A DNA stretch of 61,258 bases from an uncultured Alphaproteobacteria bacterium (GCA_937888635.1 CALARG010000021.1:1-61258), one strand, 5' to 3'; shown: positions 19,499 to 26,961, counted from the first letter of the stretch. Notes: generated by a model not told the origin, from the letters alone. A program made the numbers and translations.

Positions 19499-21826
19499 CT
19501 ATATTTCAGGAACAGTACCACCAGAACTGCCACCAACAATGTCACTGGTCAATTTCCATGAATACGAACACTTCTTACTGGTACATGTTGCTGACAACAA
19601 ATATTTTCCAGTCCCTGGATTTTCTGGCGTCGCCATATAGCCTGCCAAATCATCCTGACTCGCAAAACCTTCTGTCGCTGTTGTAATTGCATTTTGAACA
19701 TCGGTTGATGTCTGATAACCAGCATTTTTCAAGTTGGTTATTTCGGTCGTGTTACCATTAACCAATGCCTGCAGGGCATCCAACGCAGATGTCGTTGCAT
19801 ATCCTGACAAATCAACACTACCACCCGATGCAGCACCTGCAATCTTCTCGTCAACTTCTGCCTTGGTATAAACATTTGATGTTTTTGCATATTCTGCCAA
19901 TGAATCAGAAACCGCCTTCAATGCAGTTGCCGTCGCATAGTCACCCGACGCCTGTTTGTTGGCAATTTGCGCTTCTAAATTCGTACGCAGGGTCTCCAAT
20001 TCTTCACTTGTCACCAAATCATTCAACGCGCTTGCATCTGCCTTGGTTGCCAATTCTGCTTTGGTCGCCAGATTTGCCGTTGATGGAATTTCCGACTTGG
20101 TCGCATAATCATCCAACGCCGCACTGGTAATATACCCTGCATCATTTGTAAACACAGAAACATCAGTTGGCACAGTTGGAATCAAGGCCTTGACCCCATT
20201 AATCGCCGCAGTTAATTCCGCATCAGACGCATAGGTATCACCTAAATTATTAATTGCTGTCTGCAATGCAGTCACAGTCGCAACATCTGCCTTGCCTGAC
20301 TGCAAATCAGAAATCGCGGCATTAATTCCTGCCAGATCTGCTTCTTCTAAATAATCGCCCGCATCTTGCTTTGCTGCGATTTTATCTTCTAATGCCTGCA
20401 ATTCTGCACTGGTCGCCAATCCCGCAATTGATGGGATTTCCGGTTTATCCGACAAACTGTTATATGAACCCGTTGTTGCGACTGCCGCCAAATCACCTGT
20501 CTTGGCATAATCGGCCAACTCGGCCTTGGTTGCCAAATCTGCCGTTGCTGTCGTAATTGCACCCTGAACATCTGTTGATGTCTGATAACCAGCACTCTTT
20601 ATCGCGTTAATCTCAGACGCATTCCCACTCACTAACAGCTGCAGGGCCTCCAAGTCAGATGTTTTTGCATATCCGGACAAATCAATCTGACCTCCCGAAA
20701 CCGCATCTGCAATCTTCTGATCAACTTCTGCCTTGGTATAAGAATCACCCTTTAAATCTGCCAACGAATCAGAAACCGCCTTCAACGCAGTCGCCGTCGC
20801 ATAGTCACCCGACGCCTGTTTGTTGGCAATTTGCGCTTCTAAATTCGTACGCAGGGTCGCCAATTCTTCACTTGTCACCAAATCATTCAACGCGCTCGCA
20901 TCTGCCTTGGTTTCCAATTCTGCCTTGGTCGCTAAATTCGCTGTTGATGGAATATCTGTCAACTTGGCATAACCATCCAAACTTGGGATTTGAATTGCCA
21001 AAATCGCATTCTGTAATCTGGTTTCAACTTCACTCAATTCACCCTTTGTTGAATAAGTATTCCCCAAATTATTAATCGCTGTCTGCAATGCTGTGACCGT
21101 GCTTGCATCTGCCTTGTCAGATTCCAGTGCATTAACCGCATTCTGCAATTCCGCCAAATCAGATTCTTCTAAATAATCACCTTTATCCTGCTTTTCTGCG
21201 ATTGCGGCTTCCAATGTTGTCTTTAATGTATTTAACGCACTTGCATTTGCCTTCAGCAACAATTTCGCATCCACATCATCAACCGTTGCATACTGACTCA
21301 AATCAATCGCCTTGACCGCAGCATCCACCACACCAATCGCATCTCGCAAATCCTGTTCAGTCGCATTCAATTCGCTTTTCTTCGCATAATCCGCACTAAT
21401 CGTCGCAACCGACGCCTGCAAACTTTCAATCGCAGCCTTATCCGCACCACCTGTTTGCAAAGTCTCTACTGTATTTTTTAATTCCTGCAATTGCGCCGCT
21501 GTCGCATAATCACCCGCCGCATGCTTGGCTGAAATTTCTGCCTGCAACGCCCTTTCCAAGGCCGCCAAATCACTATGCGTTGCAAAATTCTTAAAATCAG
21601 GCATATCATGCTTTAACAAGAAGTTTGAAACATCCAGTGTTGACTTAACAACATTATCGGAAATTTCAATCCCTTCACCCGCGGTCAGGACATTTTGTTT
21701 CTGCGCCAAAGCATCATCAACATAAGTTTTACTGGCCAGATTAACAGTCGCCGCACTTGCCACACCGGCAACCGACGCCAAGATCGTTGCCATAACACCA
21801 GAAAATACAATATTATTAATTCTCAT
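19499..21826 (-). CDS. Secreted fibre-like protein P6 (775 aa), internally duplicated
   Basis: Signal peptide MRINNIVFSGVMATILASVAGVASA, then LASKTYVDDAL. Contains TTGSYNSLSDKPEIPS and VFTNDAGYITS. ~290-aa internal duplication. Cap ...GKYLLSATCTSKKCSYSWKL. Confidence 0.85.
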   Translation of the reverse strand: MRINNIVFSGVMATILASVAGVASAATVNLASKTYVDDALAQKQNVLTAGEGIEISDNVVKSTLDVSNFLLKHDMPDFKNFATHSDLAALERALQAEISAKHAAGDYATAAQLQELKNTVETLQTGGADKAAIESLQASVATISADYAKKSELNATEQDLRDAIGVVDAAVKAIDLSQYATVDDVDAKLLLKANASALNTLKTTLEAAIAEKQDKGDYLEESDLAELQNAVNALESDKADASTVTALQTAINNLGNTYSTKGELSEVETRLQNAILAIQIPSLDGYAKLTDIPSTANLATKAELETKADASALNDLVTSEELATLRTNLEAQIANKQASGDYATATALKAVSDSLADLKGDSYTKAEVDQKIADAVSGGQIDLSGYAKTSDLEALQLLVSGNASEINAIKSAGYQTSTDVQGAITTATADLATKAELADYAKTGDLAAVATTGSYNSLSDKPEIPSIAGLATSAELQALEDKIAAKQDAGDYLEEADLAGINAAISDLQSGKADVATVTALQTAINNLGDTYASDAELTAAINGVKALIPTVPTDVSVFTNDAGYITSAALDDYATKSEIPSTANLATKAELATKADASALNDLVTSEELETLRTNLEAQIANKQASGDYATATALKAVSDSLAEYAKTSNVYTKAEVDEKIAGAASGGSVDLSGYATTSALDALQALVNGNTTEITNLKNAGYQTSTDVQNAITTATEGFASQDDLAGYMATPENPGTGKYLLSATCTSKKCSYSWKLTSDIVGGSSGGTVPEI

Positions 21827-21850
21827 CTCTTCCTTCCTTTTAGCAACCTG

Positions 21851-22756
21851 TTAGTCAACCAGAACATCAACCCATTCCATTTTACCTTCTGCATTTTTCT
21901 GCAACATCAAGAAACCATTCTCGCCCACAGCTTCAGCCGCACCACCAAAATTCAGTTTGTCAGCACCGACAGAATCATCTGGAATTTCATAATCTAACAA
22001 AGCCTCGTTAACTGTTTCTTCAACGACCAAATTAACCGTCTCTTCTACAATAGGCACAACATCATCTTTCTTGGCATAATCACCCAACAAAGTATCCGTT
22101 TCTTCCTTGGTATAGTATTTATCCTGAACCCCATCCAAGGCCGCCTGCAACGCATCAATTTCTGCCATACCCACAAAGTCAGTTGCCAAATCATAAACCA
22201 TAACATCTTCGCCCTGCACAACCGTCAGAACACCATCTGCATATTCAACCGTTGTTGAACCGCCTGTTATCTGTGATAAATCTGCCGCCAACGCATCAAC
22301 ATCCAACTTAATCGCATCTAACTGTTCGGAAACACTTTCACCATTTTCACTAAAACCAACAAAGCTTTCCAGTTCTTCTACACGTTCGCGCAAATCGTTA
22401 CCTGAACTGCCCGCACCTGGCTTATTCGCCCCAGAAATTGAAGACCCACCACTAATCGCACTGGACCCAGACAAGTATTTACCAATTGACAAACGCGGCG
22501 TTGACGCTGCACGCGTTGAGCCCGAGCGGGTCGCCCCCGTATTTGCACCTGCAACATTATTCACGCGCATTGACCCCGCACGCACAGAATTAATTGCACC
22601 ACCATCCGACTTGGCCGCCGCCGCGCCAGATGCACTGGTATATGTTCCTGCCCCGCCCAGCGCACGCACCGAAGACGCACCAAAAGAAGGCATCGCCACA
22701 GATGCACACAACACACAAACGATTGACAGCGTTGATATTTTCAGTTCATTTCTCAT
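21851..22756 (-). CDS. Secreted fibre-like protein P7 (301 aa) with a Gly/Ser/Ala/Arg-rich N-terminal region
   Basis: Signal peptide MRNELKISTLSIVCVLCASVAMPSFG, low-complexity region (SVRAGSMRV..TRSGSTRAAS), then a coiled segment. Cap ...GENGFLMLQKNAEGKMEWVDVLVD. Confidence 0.75.
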   Translation of the reverse strand: MRNELKISTLSIVCVLCASVAMPSFGASSVRALGGAGTYTSASGAAAAKSDGGAINSVRAGSMRVNNVAGANTGATRSGSTRAASTPRLSIGKYLSGSSAISGGSSISGANKPGAGSSGNDLRERVEELESFVGFSENGESVSEQLDAIKLDVDALAADLSQITGGSTTVEYADGVLTVVQGEDVMVYDLATDFVGMAEIDALQAALDGVQDKYYTKEETDTLLGDYAKKDDVVPIVEETVNLVVEETVNEALLDYEIPDDSVGADKLNFGGAAEAVGENGFLMLQKNAEGKMEWVDVLVD

Positions 22757-22781
22757 ATTGCATTCTCTCTACTTGTTTTCA

Positions 22782-22811
22782 ATTTTATCACAATCAGCGA
22801 ATCGGGGTCAA
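22782..22811 (-). promoter_or_regulatory. Putative promoter of P7 (and probably P6-P4) with a GANTC motif in the spacer
   Basis: Minus strand reads TTGACC-cCGATTCGctgattgTGa-TAAAAT (18-nt spacer, extended -10). Confidence 0.5.
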
Positions 22812-22840
22812 CCCTCTTTTTTGACACTTTTTCTATTTTT

Positions 22841-23521
22841 TTAGAAATCGTATCTTACCCCAACAGAAAATGAATTATTTATAATCATATCCACATCTGT
22901 TTTCAGCCAATATCCACCGGAATACGCAACACCTTCTGCCTTGACATCTGGCCCAAACAAGAACGACAATCTATAACGAAAATCCAAACTTACACTGTCT
23001 GTTAATTTATGCGAATAACCTGCCATCAAATCAAACTTTGGCGAAACAGTGCGTTTATCCGAATCAAATGTATACCAGCTTAAATCAACCTTTGGAATTG
23101 CGATTCCCAAACCACCGCCAACATAGGCATTATTTGCGAAATCATACATCATATTAACCGACAAATATGGTATAGTTAATTTAAAATCTGCACCATAACC
23201 ACTGTCTGTAAACTGCCCGATTAAGCCACCTTCTACTTCACCACGCCAATTTGCATTTGCTACATGCCCAACCGCCAAAGAACCACCAAAAACAGGCTCA
23301 AACGAAAAACTCTCAGATTTGCCATCTATCTCCAAATCATCAGACGAGTATTTATTCTTCCAACTAAGCAGTGACATTTCGCCACGAACAACACCATACC
23401 ACGCACCATTCAACCAATGCGATGGCGCATTATCCACCGGCCTTACCACAGAATACTTTGGCGCAGAAAACGCCGGTACAGTTAACATTGCCAATACTGC
23501 AAAAGATACAATTTTTTTCAT
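22841..23521 (-). CDS. Small outer-membrane beta-barrel protein (Omp25/OMP_b-brl-like)
   Basis: Start trimmed to MKKIVSFAVLAMLTVPAFSA. Alternating beta-strand pattern and terminal ...FSVGVRYDF. First gene of the fibre locus. Confidence 0.75.
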   Translation of the reverse strand: MKKIVSFAVLAMLTVPAFSAPKYSVVRPVDNAPSHWLNGAWYGVVRGEMSLLSWKNKYSSDDLEIDGKSESFSFEPVFGGSLAVGHVANANWRGEVEGGLIGQFTDSGYGADFKLTIPYLSVNMMYDFANNAYVGGGLGIAIPKVDLSWYTFDSDKRTVSPKFDLMAGYSHKLTDSVSLDFRYRLSFLFGPDVKAEGVAYSGGYWLKTDVDMIINNSFSVGVRYDF

Positions 23522-23587
23522 AATTACCCCTTTTCCTTTTTTCCTAAGTATATCACAAAACGCACACACAACCAAACACAAAAACAT

Positions 23588-23616
23588 TTGACCGCATATA
23601 ATTTTTTTTCTATATT
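23588..23616 (+). promoter_or_regulatory. Putative ftsE promoter (transcript possibly leaderless)
   Basis: TTGACC (23588-23593), 17 nt, TATATT (23611-23616). The ATG begins 7 nt after the -10 and no SD is present. Confidence 0.45.
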
Positions 23617-23622
23617 CCAACC

Positions 23623-24417
23623 ATGGAAGACAGGACAGCAATATCATTTGCAAATGTGGCCGCCCGTTATGACGGAACGCCCGATATCTTAACCGATGTT
23701 TCATTTAACATCAGCGGTGGTGGTTTTTACTTTTTATCTGGCGCATCTGGCGCGGGAAAAACCACATTACTAAGATTAATATATCAATTACACAAACCAC
23801 ACCGTGGCCAGATAAAGTTATTTGGAAAAACAACAAATGACATGTCGCGCAACGAAATAAACAAATTACGCCAGAAAATGGCAATTGTCTTCCAAGAATA
23901 CTCATTACTATCCCATATGTCCGTATTTGATAACATCGCCCTGCCCCTGCGCGTTCGTGGCATACCAGAGGCTAAGATAAAAAAACTGGTGGCCAAGGTT
24001 CTAGATTGGGTCGGCCTGGGCAAATACGCCGACGCAAACCCCAAATCATTGTCCGGCGGGCAACAACAACGCGTATCTGTTGCACGCGCTATTATTGTTC
24101 AGCCTGCTATTTTACTGGCCGACGAACCGACCGGTAATTTAGATGACGAAAACGCATCACGCCTGATGGAATTATTTATCCAAATGAACAAAATGTTTGG
24201 CACAACAATTATTTTGGCCACGCACAGTAAAAAGTTAATGGAAACATACAAATTCCCAGTTATTCGTGTTGATAACCATCGGGTCGTTTTTACCGGCAAA
24301 TCCGCACCATCTGAACCCAAGACTGATTCAGAACCTAAGAAAGTATGGCGTGGTCCAAAGCCACAAAATTATTTCACAGAATTATCTAAACAATTTGACG
24401 ATATTGGGAACGCATAA
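23623..24417 (+). CDS. ftsE: Cell-division ABC transporter ATPase FtsE
   Basis: Walker A GASGAGKTTLL, signature LSGGQQQRV, Walker B ILLADEPTGNLD. Confidence 0.9.
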   Translation: MEDRTAISFANVAARYDGTPDILTDVSFNISGGGFYFLSGASGAGKTTLLRLIYQLHKPHRGQIKLFGKTTNDMSRNEINKLRQKMAIVFQEYSLLSHMSVFDNIALPLRVRGIPEAKIKKLVAKVLDWVGLGKYADANPKSLSGGQQQRVSVARAIIVQPAILLADEPTGNLDDENASRLMELFIQMNKMFGTTIILATHSKKLMETYKFPVIRVDNHRVVFTGKSAPSEPKTDSEPKKVWRGPKPQNYFTELSKQFDDIGNA

Positions 24418-24419
24418 AT

Positions 24420-25262
24420 ATGATTAAGAAACCAACTGTATTTTCACTTGTCCGCGATCAATCTTTGTTTATGACAATAATAATGTCACTGCTGACATTT
24501 TTATCTGTTTTGGCACTGGGGGTCGCGCTGTCAATCGGTACTGGCGTTATCCGCTGGAACAATCAATGGGAACTGTTCGCCACGGTCCAGGTCACAGACC
24601 CGTCTAAATCAGACACCACAAAAAAAGTAATTGCGAATAATTCTGATAAAATTGAGTCCGCCACACAAATCAGCACATCCGAAATGACAGACTTAATGTC
24701 CCCATGGCTGTCAGGCAACAACAATGTACTGAAAAACTATCTGCCCCAAATGTGGGAAATTCAGTTTAAATCCCCCGACGCGATGCAGGAATTTGCAAAA
24801 CAAATTTCAAAATCTGCACGTTTTCTGCCACATGCTGACGCATTAAAATCGTCAACTTCGTCTGGTATGCAAATGATATTGATGGCATCATTAATATTGG
24901 CAATGATACTGGCCACAATTGGCATCTGTATTTCATATATTGCACGCAACACGGCAATGTTGCACCGTCGCGAATTGGAAATACTGAATCAAATTGGCGC
25001 ATCCGACAACTTTATCGCACGCCAAATGCAAATAATTGTCGCCAAAATATCCATGACCGCAACATGCATTGGTTTTATTGTTGCATGCCCAATTATATTA
25101 TTAGTTCAGTCCGCCGCACACAGCGCGCGCGTTGGCCTGATGGCAACAATTGGCCTGACCAGTGGCGGTTGGATGACATTAATATTATTACCAATTGCGA
25201 TTGTAATTTTTGCAATTATCGTCACCCGCCACACAACAATTAAAATATTAAAAAACAGTTAA
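24420..25262 (+). CDS. ftsX: Cell-division permease FtsX-like
   Basis: Follows ftsE by 2 nt. One N-terminal TM, a periplasmic loop and three C-terminal TMs. Confidence 0.8.
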   Translation: MIKKPTVFSLVRDQSLFMTIIMSLLTFLSVLALGVALSIGTGVIRWNNQWELFATVQVTDPSKSDTTKKVIANNSDKIESATQISTSEMTDLMSPWLSGNNNVLKNYLPQMWEIQFKSPDAMQEFAKQISKSARFLPHADALKSSTSSGMQMILMASLILAMILATIGICISYIARNTAMLHRRELEILNQIGASDNFIARQMQIIVAKISMTATCIGFIVACPIILLVQSAAHSARVGLMATIGLTSGGWMTLILLPIAIVIFAIIVTRHTTIKILKNS

Positions 25263-25265
25263 CAA

Positions 25266-25781
25266 ATGTTAAGACGTCTGCTGACACCAACATTTTTAAT
25301 ATTCAGCGCATTCATACTGGGCGGCATGGTATTTAAATCCACCGCCCCGATTCAGTGTGGAACAATTCTGCCAAACGACAGCATATTTGTTCTGACCGGC
25401 GACGAACGCCGCATACCATTCGCCATGCGCAAAATGCGTGAATTTCCCAATGCAGACCTGTATATAATCGGCGCCGGCGCCCAGGGAAAAATAGACATTG
25501 CCCGCCCTGCAATAATTGAATCAAAATCAAAATCCACATACCAAAACGCATTGGCAATACGGGACATCGCACAAATTCGCGACCTGAAACGCGTGGTAAT
25601 CATCACAACCGAAGATCATATGAACCGCGCAAAATACCTGGTGCAATCCGAATTACCTGACACAGAAATAATTGCATGTCCTGCAATTTTAACCGGCATG
25701 CCCCCAGCAAAAAGACTTGAAAGATGGGCAACCGAATATATAAAATACATCGTCACGATGATTGGAATCAAAGAAAGTTAA
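25266..25781 (+). CDS. YdcF/SanA (DUF218) family protein
   Basis: N-terminal TM. ...FVLTGDERRI...STYQNALAI...VVIITTEDHMNRA is typical of DUF218. Confidence 0.7.
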   Translation: MLRRLLTPTFLIFSAFILGGMVFKSTAPIQCGTILPNDSIFVLTGDERRIPFAMRKMREFPNADLYIIGAGAQGKIDIARPAIIESKSKSTYQNALAIRDIAQIRDLKRVVIITTEDHMNRAKYLVQSELPDTEIIACPAILTGMPPAKRLERWATEYIKYIVTMIGIKES

Positions 25782-25795
25782 GCAAAGGAAAGAAA

Positions 25796-26503
25796 ATGTT
25801 CAGAACAATACTGTTTAAAATTGCATTACCTATATATTTTGTACTGTGGTCACCACTGTTGCTGATTGGATTGGTATCACGCAAATTATCACGCAAGTTC
25901 GTATTTGCAGACGCAGCCGGCGTTTTGGTCTTGGCACGTTTGATATGCGGAATAAAGTATAATGTACATTACCCACAAACCGAAGAAGACGGCATTCCAA
26001 CAATGCCCGACGGGAACAAACGTCTGGACGGCAAATCAATTATCGCCGCCAAACACATGTCTATTTTGGAAATTGCGGTTATATCACGCGTTGTTCCAAA
26101 TTCATTTTTCATTATGAAGCGCGAACTGCTGTGGATTCCAATCTATGGTTGGGCATTTTGGCGCTGTGGCATGTTGGGTGTAAATCGCGCACGCGGCAAG
26201 ACAAACATGAAGAAATTAGCCGACGATGTTGAAAAACGCGTTTTAAATGGTGGCACCCTGGTAATCTTTCCCGAAGGCACACGTGCAAAACCCGGCGAAA
26301 GAATCCCATTAAAACGCGGCCTGCTGTTATTGGCACACACATTGAAATTGCCAATTCTGCCTGTTGGCACAGATGCAGGTTTATATTGGCCAAAGCACGG
26401 CCGTATGCATTCTGGTACGGCAAATGTATGGTTTGAACCACTGTTGCCATGCAACGCATCACTGGACGAAATCAGCACGGCCATCAACCGCCACAGTGCA
26501 TAA
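25796..26503 (+). CDS. plsC: 1-acyl-sn-glycerol-3-phosphate acyltransferase
   Basis: Acyltransferase blocks (AAKHMSILE = HxxxxD-type box region; FPEGTR). Start trimmed to MFRTILFKI (ATG 25796). Confidence 0.85.
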   Translation: MFRTILFKIALPIYFVLWSPLLLIGLVSRKLSRKFVFADAAGVLVLARLICGIKYNVHYPQTEEDGIPTMPDGNKRLDGKSIIAAKHMSILEIAVISRVVPNSFFIMKRELLWIPIYGWAFWRCGMLGVNRARGKTNMKKLADDVEKRVLNGGTLVIFPEGTRAKPGERIPLKRGLLLLAHTLKLPILPVGTDAGLYWPKHGRMHSGTANVWFEPLLPCNASLDEISTAINRHSA

Positions 26504-26508
26504 AACAC

Positions 26509-26534
26509 ATTCCCGCCCCGGCGGGATTTTTATT
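26509..26534 (+). terminator. Rho-independent terminator after plsC
   Basis: TCCCGC-CCCG-GCGGGA followed by TTTTTATT. Confidence 0.7.
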
Positions 26535-26564
26535 ACCCTTTTGCAAAGATAAATAAAAGTTTAT

Positions 26565-26958
26565 GTTAGTTGTTAGTGTAAGTTGTAAGTGGTCTGTGTT
26601 GGAAATAAATTAAGAACTTTCGTCATTCCCGCAAATGCGGGAATCCACTGCGTTGCAGACATTTTTTCGGTCCCTGCGGGGTAATGGATACCGGCCTGCG
26701 CCGGCATGACAAGTTTTTTGTTTCTTCAATTTTATGCTAAGATAAATAAAAGTTTAGTTGAGTAATTTTTTACAAAAATGTTTTGCATTTTTGTCATTAC
26801 CGCGCAGGCGGTAATAGGGTCTTTAATACCGCGCGCAACGTGCGCCAAATAAGTATTTCAAAAATTTTTAGTCCCTATTCCTGCCTACGCAGGAATGACA
26901 ATATTTTATATATTTTTTTGCCGATACTAACCACTTACAACTTACACTAACAACTAAC
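26565..26958. mobile_element. MITE-like non-coding element with perfect 28-bp terminal inverted repeats
   Basis: GTTAGTTGTTAGTGTAAGTTGTAAGTGG at 26565-26592 is the exact reverse complement of 26931-26958. The interior contains four GTCAT..stem-loop..GGGAC palindromic units and an internal direct repeat AAGATAAATAAAAGTTTA (26545 and 26739). Confidence 0.6.
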
Positions 26959-26961
26959 CAC

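Noticed and set aside
13003-22756. Fibre locus as a prophage, tailocin or GTA tail-fibre module, as trimeric autotransporter adhesins, or as a DGR target.
   Set aside because: (1) There are no phage structural, lysis or regulatory genes in or near the locus, and every protein has a Sec signal peptide. (2) None has a C-terminal YadA-type or autotransporter barrel. (3) The window holds no reverse transcriptase or template repeat. The tail-fibre similarity is kept only as module ancestry.
22841-23704. Long N-terminal extensions offered by the ORF track. Examples: 287-aa version of the OMP, 469-aa TolB, 455-aa DnaA, 674-aa ParE, 356-aa Fba, 606-aa LepA, 325-aa P3.
   Set aside because: In each case an internal Met gives the family-typical N-terminus or a proper signal peptide preceded by an SD. 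The extensions cross promoters or terminators, or overlap divergent genes.
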